Position numbers and translations under genes: made by a program
Shown: piece after piece, positions 31,508 through 41,067 of the stretch
Numbering within the stretch: the first letter of the stretch is position 1
How the letters are laid out: each line of letters begins with the position of its first letter
Notes under the pieces: model-generated
What the model was told of the DNA's origin: nothing
Seen by the model: the letters and a program-made list of their open reading frames with translations, nothing else
Databases searched by the model: none
NCBI GenBank assembly: GCA_031428155.1
Contig: JANPOU010000069.1
Span: forward strand, 25,419-89,418
DNA length: 64,000 bases
Reading direction: 5' to 3'
DNA from: Arenimonas sp.
Lineage (GTDB): Bacteria; Pseudomonadota; Gammaproteobacteria; Xanthomonadales; Xanthomonadaceae

Positions 31508-32602
31508 TCAGTGACTAATCAGCCTTGCAATAGCTGACATAGTCGGATGTTTTTCAGCAATAATCCGAAAGCAGGTTAGTAACGGTACAGCAATCAGCAA
31601 GCCCACCAAACCCCACATCCAGCCCAGCACCAGCAGCGCCAGTATGATCACCAGCGGATCGATTTCCATACTCTTGCCGAGAACCAACGGCGTGACGACT
31701 TCTGATTCCAGTGCATTTAAAATGATGTAGATTCCCGGCACACTTAGGGCCATGGCAACGCTGTCGAATTGTATAAAGCCGGCAATGGTCAGCAAGCACA
31801 CCATAATTGCCATGCCCACATAGGGCGCAAAATTAACCAAGGCCGCAATGCCGCCCCAAAGCAGCGGCTGCTCAACACCCAACAGCCATAAAGCCAGCGC
31901 AACCACAGCGCCAAAAACAAGATTCACTAATGTCACAGTAAACATATAACGAGATAACTCGTTCTGCGCACTGCGACTTGCGGTAACTATATCTTTTTTG
32001 ACGCGCAACTGCGGCGCCAGTTCAACCAATTTGCGCAGCACGCTATCGCCGCGGGTTAGAAAGATAACAGTTAACAATAGCGTGCCAAGTATGTTTAAGA
32101 GCAGGATAGGTAGCGAAAGAATCCAAGTATCGAAAATAGCTGGCTCGAGGGTGCGCACCATCTGGGTTTTCACCTTTGGTGCTACGCTCACACTTAGTTG
32201 TGCGATTTTTTCACTGGCTTTGCTGGCTTCGGCCAGTGGCTTGCGCAATTGCTTGATGACTTTTTCTATGCGCGTAATGGCTTGCGGGCTTTGGGTAATA
32301 ACCGCATTGGCAGGCTCAGCAAGGCTAGCCACTAAACTGCCGAACACGATAACGATGCTTAGCACTACGGTGATGGCCGCTATGCTGCGTGGAATGCCGA
32401 TTTGGCCAAGCCAGCGAACGGGTGTGGCTAGCATCAGGCTGAGCAAAACGGCGGTCAATATCGGCAAAATCAGCGCCTGGGTGAAGTACAGCGTGTACAT
32501 TATGGCCAGCAGCAATAGCCCTTGTATTGCACGTGTGCGTGAATGTGCACGCTGCGGTATTGGCTCAGCGCTTTGCTCATGTGGTTTATCGGTATCGTCC
32601 AT
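31508..32602 (-). CDS. AI-2E family transporter
   Basis: Multi-TM; NFAPYVG, ESEVVTPLVLG, WGLVGLLIAVP. Confidence 0.88.
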   Translation of the reverse strand: MDDTDKPHEQSAEPIPQRAHSRTRAIQGLLLLAIMYTLYFTQALILPILTAVLLSLMLATPVRWLGQIGIPRSIAAITVVLSIVIVFGSLVASLAEPANAVITQSPQAITRIEKVIKQLRKPLAEASKASEKIAQLSVSVAPKVKTQMVRTLEPAIFDTWILSLPILLLNILGTLLLTVIFLTRGDSVLRKLVELAPQLRVKKDIVTASRSAQNELSRYMFTVTLVNLVFGAVVALALWLLGVEQPLLWGGIAALVNFAPYVGMAIMVCLLTIAGFIQFDSVAMALSVPGIYIILNALESEVVTPLVLGKSMEIDPLVIILALLVLGWMWGLVGLLIAVPLLTCFRIIAEKHPTMSAIARLISH

Positions 32603-32626
32603 GTTGTTTACTCCTGTGCGCCCATA

Positions 32627-33031
32627 CTACGCTTCTGGGCTATCGGTATCTATGGTGCTAACGTTTGCTCGGGCGGCTTTAGCTAGTGCTTGGTAACGAT
32701 CACGAAATTTATCGAGCTCAGCCTCTTCCAGGTCTTCCAAATCGAGCAGGGCGTTATGTGCGCCTTGGGTGGCGCGAATTAGTTCATCAAGCTTAACTTG
32801 AATCGCTTCGGTGTCGCGGTTTTGGCTGCTTTGAATCAGAAAAACCATCAAAAAAGTGATGATGGTTGTAGCGGTGTTAATCACCAATTGCCACGTATCA
32901 CTGAAGCCGAACAGCGGGCCTGTGATAATCCACATCAGTATGGTGGCAGCGGCTAATACGAACACAATCGGCCGGCCGCAGAAACGGGCAATGGATTTGG
33001 TGAATTGGGCGTACCACGAACGAGAACTCAT
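32627..33031 (-). CDS. Low-affinity iron permease family (Fet4-like) small membrane protein
   Basis: FSDTWQLVINTATTIITFLMVFLIQSSQNRDTEAIQVKLDELIRA. Confidence 0.88.
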   Translation of the reverse strand: MSSRSWYAQFTKSIARFCGRPIVFVLAAATILMWIITGPLFGFSDTWQLVINTATTIITFLMVFLIQSSQNRDTEAIQVKLDELIRATQGAHNALLDLEDLEEAELDKFRDRYQALAKAARANVSTIDTDSPEA

Positions 33032-33097
33032 CGCTTATGCTCCTTGCTCAGTTCGGCTATCATTTAGCCTTACAGATAATCATTATGAAGAGTTACT

Positions 33098-33763
33098 ATG
33101 CTACAAAGCGTTGAACACTGCACCACAAAATTTCCGGCATGGTCAGTTATCTGGCTGCACGGCCTTGGCGCTGATGGCCATGACTTCGCGCCAATAGTAC
33201 CGGACTTGGTACGCCCCGATTGGCCCGGCATCCGTTTTGTATTCCCGCATGCGCCAATGCGCGCGGTCAGCATCAACAACGGCGCAGTGATGCGTGCTTG
33301 GTACGACATCGTTAGCATGGAGCTCGATAAGCGCGCCGATGAAGTGGGTTTGCGTGAATCGATGGCGGAATTGGATGCCTTAATCAATCGCGAACGCGAT
33401 CGTGGTGTGCCTTTGTCACGCATCATTTTGGCTGGGTTCTCACAAGGCGGCGCGGTAGTTTTAGCGCATATGTTGCGCCAGAAAACGCCGGTGGCGGGGG
33501 TTATGGCCTTGTCCTCGTATTTGCCGCTGGGCAGCAAGAATGCGGAAGAATTAAGCGAAGTGGCAAAGAATATTCCAGTATTCATGGCGCATGGCAAATC
33601 TGACCCAGTAGTTCCCTTGGGCTTGGGCGAATACAGCCGCCAGCAGTTGCAGCAGCTTGGATTCACGGTGCAGTTTAAATCGTACCCAATGCAACATAGC
33701 GTGTGTCCTGAAGAAATTCGCGCGATGGGTGATTGGCTTAGCGAGCGCTTCAGCCAGCCATGA
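33098..33763 (+). CDS. Carboxylesterase/phospholipase (alpha/beta hydrolase)
   Basis: WLHGLGADG, AWYDI, GFSQGG, HGKSDPVV. Confidence 0.9.
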   Translation: MLQSVEHCTTKFPAWSVIWLHGLGADGHDFAPIVPDLVRPDWPGIRFVFPHAPMRAVSINNGAVMRAWYDIVSMELDKRADEVGLRESMAELDALINRERDRGVPLSRIILAGFSQGGAVVLAHMLRQKTPVAGVMALSSYLPLGSKNAEELSEVAKNIPVFMAHGKSDPVVPLGLGEYSRQQLQQLGFTVQFKSYPMQHSVCPEEIRAMGDWLSERFSQP

Positions 33764-34785
33764 GCAAAACCACGCCACTATATTTGCCGGATTTCTGCCA
33801 ACTGCCGCGAATTGCCGCGGTATGCGGCGTGGCGCAAGTGGTGGTGGTATTAATTTTTCTGGCGCCTTCGCAAAATAGCTTGCTAACCGGTGCTGCATTT
33901 TTATTATCCAGCGCATTTGCACAGTGGTTAGCGCTTACTGCCGCTTTGGTTTTATGTAAATCAAGGGTGTGGGTGAATGCTTTACGGCCATATTTAGGCT
34001 ATTCAGTGGCGGCTGTGTTGCCAGCAACGGTGACAGCCTTGGCAGCCGGCTTAGTGTTTTATCTTGATCGGCAATTAGCCACCGGCTATTTCTTGGGCAT
34101 GAATATGTGGCGATTCATCAGCGGCATTGCCTTGATGGTTGGTATGCTCAGCGCCGTGCTGCTGCGCTATTTTTATGTGCGCGATCAGTGGCAATTACAA
34201 GTTCAAGCACACGCTAAAGCGTCTTTGCAAGCGTTGCAGGCGCGGATTAACCCGCATTTTTTATTCAACTCAATGAACACCATTGCCGCCTTAGTGCGTA
34301 AAGACGCCAAAACGGCTGAAACCGCCATAGAAGACTTATCGGATCTATTTCGCGCGGCCTTAGGCGATGATCAAAAAGAATCAACATTAGCCGACGAACT
34401 GCAAATTGCTAAGCAATATTTAGCGATTGAGAAATTGCGCCTTGGCGAGCGCTTGCACACCGAATGGCTGTTAGCAGATAACTTGCCCATGCATTGCAAA
34501 ATGCCGCGCTTGCTATTGCAGCCATTATTCGAAAATGCCGTGATTCATGGTGTTGCCTTATTACCGGAGGGCGGCTGTATTCAATTGAATGCAGTGAAGC
34601 ACGAACATTTCCTGCAATTCGAAATTCGTAATCCGGTGCATATGGCCAATGATCAGCCCGGCCTTGGGCACGCGCAACATTCGGTACAAGAACGCTTGCG
34701 TTTAGTGTTTGGTAATCAAGCCAGTATTTCTAGCCTAGTACATAACAATGTGTATGTGTGCACTTTGCGGGTGCCGTATGAATAA
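33760..34785 (+). CDS. algZ: LytS-type sensor histidine kinase (AlgZ/FimS)
   Basis: YLPDFC N-terminus, LQARINPHFLFNSMN, LQPLFENAVIHG; upstream of LytTR regulator and hemC. Confidence 0.85.
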   Translation: MSKTTPLYLPDFCQLPRIAAVCGVAQVVVVLIFLAPSQNSLLTGAAFLLSSAFAQWLALTAALVLCKSRVWVNALRPYLGYSVAAVLPATVTALAAGLVFYLDRQLATGYFLGMNMWRFISGIALMVGMLSAVLLRYFYVRDQWQLQVQAHAKASLQALQARINPHFLFNSMNTIAALVRKDAKTAETAIEDLSDLFRAALGDDQKESTLADELQIAKQYLAIEKLRLGERLHTEWLLADNLPMHCKMPRLLLQPLFENAVIHGVALLPEGGCIQLNAVKHEHFLQFEIRNPVHMANDQPGLGHAQHSVQERLRLVFGNQASISSLVHNNVYVCTLRVPYE

Positions 34786-35500
34786 GCCGCTAAGCGTTAT
34801 TGTGGTTGACGATGAGCCTTTGTCCGCCGAGCGCTTAGCCGATATGTTGGCCGATATTCCAAACTGCAAGGTGTTGGCAAAAGCGGCCAATGCTGAGCAA
34901 GCTTTAGGGTTGCTGGGCAGTCATTCGCCGGATGTCTTGTTCCTTGATATTTCAATGCCTGGCATTTCAGGCTTGGAGTTAGCCAAGCAACTGCAAGGCA
35001 CAAAAAATCCGCCATTTATCGTGTTTTGCACGGCCTATGATCAGCATGCTTTGCATGCCTTTGATGCACAGGCCATTGATTATTTAGTGAAGCCGGTGCG
35101 CAGAGAACGCTTGCTGGAAAGTATTGAGCGCGTTACTCGCTTAAAAAATCAAGTAGGCGACGACACCAGCAAACAATTTGTTGCCGCGCATGTGGGTGGC
35201 GTGTTGCGGCGAATTGCCTTGCAGGATATTTTGTATTTGCACGCAGAAGAAAAATACACCGTGGTATACCACCATGGCGGCGAACATATTCTAGATGAGC
35301 CGCTGAAAGAACTTGAACTGCGCTTTCCAAATCAGTTCACCCGTATTCATCGCAATTGCTTGGTGAAAGCAGAACAGTTGCTTGAAATCCGCCGTGATAT
35401 TGATGGACAAGCCTGGGCGGTGCTGAAGAATTGGCCCAAAGCACTGGAAATCAGCCGGCGTTGTGCCAGTGAATTAAAAGACACATTCAAGCACAGTTAA
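34778..35500 (+). CDS. algR: LytTR response regulator (AlgR)
   Basis: VDDEP, FLDISMPG, DYLVKP, RIHRNCLV; ATG 34778. Confidence 0.87.
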   Translation: MNKPLSVIVVDDEPLSAERLADMLADIPNCKVLAKAANAEQALGLLGSHSPDVLFLDISMPGISGLELAKQLQGTKNPPFIVFCTAYDQHALHAFDAQAIDYLVKPVRRERLLESIERVTRLKNQVGDDTSKQFVAAHVGGVLRRIALQDILYLHAEEKYTVVYHHGGEHILDEPLKELELRFPNQFTRIHRNCLVKAEQLLEIRRDIDGQAWAVLKNWPKALEISRRCASELKDTFKHS

Positions 35501-35534
35501 TGCCGAAAGCTGCGCACAATGCGATAATACCGCT

Positions 35535-36449
35535 ATGAGAATAATTCGCTTGGCAACACGTGAAAGCGCACTTGCTTTGTGGCAAACCCGCCATGTTGCA
35601 ACGCTTTTGCAAATCGCACACCCACAGCTTCGTGTTGAATTAGTACCGATGACCACCCGTGGTGATCAGTTGCTAGATGTGTCTTTGTCTAAAATCGGCG
35701 GCAAGGGCTTGTTCCTGAAAGAATTGGAAGTGGCCATGCAAGAAGGCCGCGCCGATGCAGCCGTACATTCGCTGAAAGATGTGCCGATGCAACTTGATGC
35801 GGAGTTTGAATTAGCGGCAGTGCTAAAGCGCGATAACCCATTCGATGCGTTTATATCTCCGCATTTTGCAAGCTTGGATGATTTACCTATTGGCGCAGTA
35901 GTGGGCACTTCTTCGCAACGCCGGCAGGTGCAGCTAAAACAACTTCGCCCGGATATTCAGATTAAAGATTTGCGCGGCAACATCAACACGCGTTTAGCCA
36001 AATGTGCCAATGGCGATTTTGATGCGATTATTTTGGCCTGCGCTGGCCTTGAGCGACTTGGCTTGCACGAACAGATTCGCCAGGAATTAAAACCAGATAG
36101 GTGGTGGCCCGCTGTTGCGCAAGGCGCAATTGCCGTTGAAAGTTTAAGTGCGCATCCAGAAATTAGTGCATTATTCGCCGTGCTAAATGATAAACCCACA
36201 GAATTGCGGGTGCGTGCCGAACGCGCGATGAACAAGGAACTGCATGGTTCCTGCCAGGTTCCAGTGGCTGCCTATGCCGAAATCGACGGAGAGTACATGC
36301 GGTTGACCGGATGGGTCGGCAATGCAGATAGTTTTAGATCTATTTCCGCCTCTGCCTTCGGCGTGGCGCATGAGCCCGAAGGTCTTGGCAGGGTTGTGGC
36401 CGAGAAACTGTTTGCGCGCGGTGCGGCGGAGTTGTTGAATATATCGTAG
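35535..36449 (+). CDS. hemC: Hydroxymethylbilane synthase (porphobilinogen deaminase)
   Basis: ATRESALALWQ, GGKGLFLKELE, VHSLKDVP, LRGNINTRL, GSCQVPV. Confidence 0.97.
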   Translation: MRIIRLATRESALALWQTRHVATLLQIAHPQLRVELVPMTTRGDQLLDVSLSKIGGKGLFLKELEVAMQEGRADAAVHSLKDVPMQLDAEFELAAVLKRDNPFDAFISPHFASLDDLPIGAVVGTSSQRRQVQLKQLRPDIQIKDLRGNINTRLAKCANGDFDAIILACAGLERLGLHEQIRQELKPDRWWPAVAQGAIAVESLSAHPEISALFAVLNDKPTELRVRAERAMNKELHGSCQVPVAAYAEIDGEYMRLTGWVGNADSFRSISASAFGVAHEPEGLGRVVAEKLFARGAAELLNIS

Positions 36450-36516
36450 GGGCGCAGCAAGCAGCGCCCAGAATAAATAATACGAGACATCAGGGCACGG
36501 CATGCCGTGCCCCTAC
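36446..36516. repeat. Inverted REP doublet (REPIN-like)
   Basis: GTAG-GGGCGCAGCAAGCAGCGCCC (36446-69) and, inverted, GTAG-GGGCACGGCATGCCGTGCCC (36516-36493), 23-bp AT-rich spacer. Confidence 0.8.
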
Positions 36517-36517
36517 A

Positions 36518-37408
36518 TCAATAATACAAACTCACCACATGTTTTGCTTCGGCGAAAAACAGCCAGCGCCCAATGAACACACCACTGATGCCGCTGATGG
36601 CGGCAAAGCTATACAGCCATGGCTGATTTAATGTCCAGGCCAGTAAGCAGGCGATGGACGGCAGTGCAAAGCCGAAAATAGCACATAGCTCACGCAGCCG
36701 TTCGCTGTGTTTGCGGGCCAATACATGCACCATTTCTTTGGTGATGTAATTGGCTTCGGTATGTGGGTTTTCGAATACGTGCACACCTCGTTGTTCCGGC
36801 AAACCCAAAGCGCTACTGCGCGTGATGGCCAGTGGTTTGTCGTTATTGTGCCAGTAGCGGGTCATCAGCCACAAAAGCAGCATGGCGAACAATGCCAGCA
36901 CTGGTGCAAACGTCCAAATTGCGAAAATACTGGCTAACCACAAACCGCCGGTATACAAGCTGCCGAGTAAGAAAATTGGCAATACGCTGTTGTGTTGCCA
37001 TGCCGGTACGGTTTTCAGGCAATGATAGATTTTTGCGGTGCAATATACAGTAAGCAAGCAAAAAAACATCAAGGCAATAGCTAATGTTTTTTGCAGTATG
37101 CCGTGTTGTGGCACAAAGCAAATCGCTAGTGCTGGAATAAAACACAATACTGCCGCCACGCCTTCGCGCGACAACCACGAACTGCGCCATTGCGAGAATG
37201 CTCGCCAAGCGCGTTCCTTTCGGCCAAGATGCATGGTTGAGCACAGCAATCCGCTGATCACGAACAATGTGCCGATAGCGAGCGTTAAATAATCCTTGAT
37301 GCCAAAATCACGGTTGTGGCCAAGCAGAGAACTTGCCCACCAAAACCATAAACCGTAGCCGGTGCCGGACAATGTGCTGAAAAAAATGACGGACAGGGCG
37401 GGATGCAT
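36518..37408 (-). CDS. soeC: DmsC-family membrane anchor of SoeABC
   Basis: MHPALSVIFFSTLSGTGYG, HLGRKERAWRAFSQWRSSWLSREG, RWLFFAEAKHVV. Confidence 0.85.
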   Translation of the reverse strand: MHPALSVIFFSTLSGTGYGLWFWWASSLLGHNRDFGIKDYLTLAIGTLFVISGLLCSTMHLGRKERAWRAFSQWRSSWLSREGVAAVLCFIPALAICFVPQHGILQKTLAIALMFFCLLTVYCTAKIYHCLKTVPAWQHNSVLPIFLLGSLYTGGLWLASIFAIWTFAPVLALFAMLLLWLMTRYWHNNDKPLAITRSSALGLPEQRGVHVFENPHTEANYITKEMVHVLARKHSERLRELCAIFGFALPSIACLLAWTLNQPWLYSFAAISGISGVFIGRWLFFAEAKHVVSLYY

Positions 37409-38151
37409 TAGCGGCTCAAAATTTTATCAAGCCAGCGCAACGCACTTGGCAGTTCGGCAGGGTTAAGCGTTTCATCGGTAGGTGCGGAACACACCGTTTG
37501 TTTTTTACGCGGCGGTAAATAACGATTGACCGGTTTGTAATCGAGCTCAGGCATCAATGCTTGGCCGTTGCGCTCACGCGATTTAATCGAAACCTCGGAT
37601 TCGGGATCAGCGAAATCACCGAACGAACGTGCGCGTGTTGGGCAGGCCTGCACACAAGCCGGTTGTCGTTGCGCTTCGGGAATATGTTCGTTGTAAATAC
37701 GATCCACACACAGTGTGCATTTTTTCATCACACCTTCGCTTGGCGAATATTCACGCGCCCCATATGGGCAAGCCCACGAGCACAGTTTGCAACCAATGCA
37801 TTTATCGGCATCAATCAACACGATGCCATCTTCCACGCGTTTGTAGCTCGCGCCAGTTGGGCACACCGATACGCAGGCCGGTGTTTCGCAATGCAAGCAC
37901 GAACGCGGAAAATGCAGGCTACTAGCTGGTTGCGCGCTTTCAACCAAGGCATCAAGCTCATAGCTGTGCACACGGTTGAACCACACGCCATCGGGCTCGG
38001 CGCCGTAAGGATTTTCATCCGGCAGTGGCCCAGAAATGCCGCCCACGTTCCATTCTTTGCAGGCCACCGCGCAGGCGTGGCAACCCACGCAGATGTCCAG
38101 ATCAATCAGCAAGCCGAGTTTTTTCTGAGTTTTGGCGGGCAGCATGGTCAT
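37408..38151 (-). CDS. soeB: 4Fe-4S ferredoxin subunit of SoeABC
   Basis: CVGCHACAVAC, CLHCETPACVSVCP, CIGCKLCSWACP, CTLC...CVQACP. Confidence 0.87.
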   Translation of the reverse strand: MTMLPAKTQKKLGLLIDLDICVGCHACAVACKEWNVGGISGPLPDENPYGAEPDGVWFNRVHSYELDALVESAQPASSLHFPRSCLHCETPACVSVCPTGASYKRVEDGIVLIDADKCIGCKLCSWACPYGAREYSPSEGVMKKCTLCVDRIYNEHIPEAQRQPACVQACPTRARSFGDFADPESEVSIKSRERNGQALMPELDYKPVNRYLPPRKKQTVCSAPTDETLNPAELPSALRWLDKILSR

Positions 38152-40955
38152 GCTTTTTTCCCATAGCGCAGAAGTTTGATTTTTGGTTCGTGAGTTTTTA
38201 ATGCAGTAAATTGTGGCGAACTAAAATCTTGCTTGGCGACTTTTTTAATCGCCACGCGTAAATCAAACCACGCCGCTTGCCCGGTTATAGGGTCAGCATT
38301 GGCGTAGTCTGCATTTGGTGTTAAATCGGAAATCAGTGGGTTAAGCAAAAAGCCCTGATTGCTTTCTGGCGCCTTGTTAGATAAACCCCAAGTGCCTTTG
38401 CGTTTGCCAACTGCATTCCATGTCCAAACAGTATCTTTTTGTACATTATTAGTGAGTTTAATTGGCACGGTAATACTGCTCAGGTGCGAGCTGAGCGCAA
38501 CCCAATCGCCATCGGCTAATTGATAACGCGCAGCCGTTTCTGGGTGCAAATACAAAAAATTACGTGCCATGATTTGCCGCAGCCAGGCATTTTGCGAACC
38601 CCACGAATGATACATAAACGGCGGCCGCTGCGTGATTGCATGCAGTGGAAATTCGGTTGAATCGGTTTGTGCGTGCTCGAATGGCGCATACCAAAATGGC
38701 AGTGGATCGAAGTAGGTGTTGATGCGTTTACGCTCAGCATCAGGCGGTTGATGTTCGCCGAACCCTTGCGCGGCTAAACGGAATTTTTGCAGAGTTTCAG
38801 AATACAACTGCAATACAATCGGTTCAGCCGAGCCAATGAATCCTTTGCCCTTTGCCCAATTCAAATAATCGCGATTGCCCATTTTAAAATAGCGCGCTGA
38901 TTCCGGAATCGGCGTATGCCAAAATCCGCCATGTTCAATATAGCGCTTGAGCTGCTCCGGATTTGGCGCACCTTTGCCCTCCAGTTCGCCTTGTTCGCCA
39001 CGCCAACCAGCCAACAAGCCTACACCCGGCGCACGTTCATGGCGAATGATGTAATCAGCATAATCGGCATATTGCGGCGAGCCATCGGCATGCACTAAGG
39101 CGGGTAAGCCAATGCGCGCACCTAAATCCAACAACACCGATTGAAAGCCGCGCACATCGCGGTCTGGTTGTAATACCGGATGACGAATCGCATCGGAAGC
39201 GCCATCGGCATCTGAAATTGGTCGGTCGAGCAAGCTAATGGCATCGAAGCGTTCTAAAAAGGTGGTGTCTGGCAGAATTAAATCGGCGTATGCACACATC
39301 TCACTGGAGTACGCATCGGAATAAATGATGTATGGAATTTTGTATTCACCATACGCATCTTTATCGGTTAGCCAATGCAGCGTTTCATGGGTGTTCATCG
39401 CCGAGTTCCAGCTCATATTGGCCATGAATAGCATCAACACATCAATTGGGCCATTCTTGCCCGAATGTGCATTGCGTAGCACGGTGTGCATCATGCCATG
39501 CACCGCCAGCGGATACTGCCAAGAATAGGCTTCATCCACGCGTAAGGCTTGGCCTGTATCATCCACTAATAAATCTTCCGGGCCATGAATAAAACCGAGC
39601 GGCATGGCGTTGAGTTTGCCTTCGCTATCACGTGTTTTACCGGGGCGATTTGCGGGTGGAATTGGTCGCGGAAACGGTGGCTGATACCGAAACGATCCGG
39701 GCGCATCCACAGCGCCTAGTAATAATTGCAAAAGATGCAAGGCGCGGCAGGTTTGAAAGCCGTTAGCATGCGCGCTGATGCCGCGCATCGCGTGCATCGA
39801 AACCGGCCGTGCTTTCATGCTGGCATGTTGCACGCCAGAACTGTCAGTCCAAGCAATAGGCAGCTCGAGGTTGTGATCAAACGCAGCTGTGGCCAGTTCA
39901 TTGGCAATACGGCGGATATCGTGCGCTGGCACGCCGCAGGTTTCACTAACCATTTCCGGTGAATAATCTTCGGATAAATAGCGTTGCAGAATCAGATCGA
40001 ACACTGGCTTAGCCACATGACCGCTTGGCAATAAATAGATGCCAGCAATCATCGGCGAAATATTGCTTTCATTTGCAGCAACTGTTGTATTCGTGTTGCG
40101 ATTCCAACACAGTTCCTTGCCATTTTCATCGCGCGCAATTAAGCCATGTTGTGCTGCTCCTGGCGCATCAATCACTAAATGGTGGGCATTGGTGAAGCGC
40201 ACCAAGTAATCCAAATCAACGCGCTCGGTGCGCAATAATTCGTGGATCAATGCCATCGCTAATAAGCCATCGGTGCCGGGCTTAATGCCCACCCACTCAT
40301 CGGCAATGGCACCATAGCCAGTGCGCACCGGATTGATGGCAATCACTTTTGCGCCGCGGTTTTTTAATTGCCCTAAGCCAAGCTTCAGAGGATTAGAATC
40401 GTGGTCTTCAGCCACGCCCCACAACAACAGTAATTGTGTGTGCACCCAATCGGGTTCGCCGAATTCCCAGAAGCTGCCGCCTAATGTATACAAGCCGCCA
40501 GCGGCCATATTCACCGAGCAAAAACCACCATGCGCCGCATAGTTATAAGTGCCGTATTGCTGTGCCCACCAGCCAGTTAATGCTTGTGATTGATCACGGC
40601 CGGTGAAAAACGCCAAGCGGTTTGGATCTTTAGCGCGTGCTCCGGCCAGTTTTTCGGTAGCGAGCTGCAGCGCTTCTTCCCATTCTATTTCAGCGAATTT
40701 ATTTTCACCGCGATCACCGATGCGCTTCATCGGTTTTCTCAGGCGTGCCGGCGAATAATGCTGCATGATGCCAGCAGAGCCCTTGGCGCATAAAACACCC
40801 CGATTGACGGGGTGATCTGGATTGCCTTCGATATAGCGGATTTTCTCGTCTTTAATATGCACCTGAATGCCACAACGACATGCGCACATATAGCAGGTAG
40901 TGCGTTCAACGCGTTCGCCAAGGGGTTCGTTGAGTGCTAATACCGGTTCAGTCAT
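38148..40955 (-). CDS. soeA: Molybdopterin catalytic subunit, SoeA-type sulfite dehydrogenase
   Basis: TTCYMCACRCG...LCAKG Fe-S motif, FTGRDQSQ, AAHGGFCSVNMAA, MYHSWGSQNAWLRQI; no Tat signal; ATG 40955 preferred. Confidence 0.83.
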   Translation of the reverse strand: MTEPVLALNEPLGERVERTTCYMCACRCGIQVHIKDEKIRYIEGNPDHPVNRGVLCAKGSAGIMQHYSPARLRKPMKRIGDRGENKFAEIEWEEALQLATEKLAGARAKDPNRLAFFTGRDQSQALTGWWAQQYGTYNYAAHGGFCSVNMAAGGLYTLGGSFWEFGEPDWVHTQLLLLWGVAEDHDSNPLKLGLGQLKNRGAKVIAINPVRTGYGAIADEWVGIKPGTDGLLAMALIHELLRTERVDLDYLVRFTNAHHLVIDAPGAAQHGLIARDENGKELCWNRNTNTTVAANESNISPMIAGIYLLPSGHVAKPVFDLILQRYLSEDYSPEMVSETCGVPAHDIRRIANELATAAFDHNLELPIAWTDSSGVQHASMKARPVSMHAMRGISAHANGFQTCRALHLLQLLLGAVDAPGSFRYQPPFPRPIPPANRPGKTRDSEGKLNAMPLGFIHGPEDLLVDDTGQALRVDEAYSWQYPLAVHGMMHTVLRNAHSGKNGPIDVLMLFMANMSWNSAMNTHETLHWLTDKDAYGEYKIPYIIYSDAYSSEMCAYADLILPDTTFLERFDAISLLDRPISDADGASDAIRHPVLQPDRDVRGFQSVLLDLGARIGLPALVHADGSPQYADYADYIIRHERAPGVGLLAGWRGEQGELEGKGAPNPEQLKRYIEHGGFWHTPIPESARYFKMGNRDYLNWAKGKGFIGSAEPIVLQLYSETLQKFRLAAQGFGEHQPPDAERKRINTYFDPLPFWYAPFEHAQTDSTEFPLHAITQRPPFMYHSWGSQNAWLRQIMARNFLYLHPETAARYQLADGDWVALSSHLSSITVPIKLTNNVQKDTVWTWNAVGKRKGTWGLSNKAPESNQGFLLNPLISDLTPNADYANADPITGQAAWFDLRVAIKKVAKQDFSSPQFTALKTHEPKIKLLRYGKKA

Positions 40956-41067
40956 GGCAGTATTGTGGCATAAAATGTTACATAAATACCCAATGCTGAA
41001 ATTATTCACAGCTTGCTAAATTGCACCTAACAAGCGATGCTAAAGCCATCTGCATTGAGTATATATT

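Noticed and set aside
31998-32696. 232-aa plus-strand ORF and other long antisense ORFs (e.g. 33070-33666, 37561-38166)
   Set aside because: Shadows of well-supported opposite-strand genes; no motifs or translation signals.
31380-33031. tRNA-Ile2 as integration site for the AI-2E and Fet4-like genes
   Set aside because: No integrase, no duplicated tRNA 3' end noticed, composition similar to background.
38148-40955. DMSO reductase or formate dehydrogenase (possible selenocysteine)
   Set aside because: No Tat signal, no in-frame TGA, and motifs fit the SoeA group.
40956-41009. N-terminal extensions given by the ORF track (soeA, also lpxL, algR, lacI, GH3, GlsB, antitoxin)
   Set aside because: Extensions are non-homolog-like and overlap promoters or neighbours; downstream ATGs fit better.
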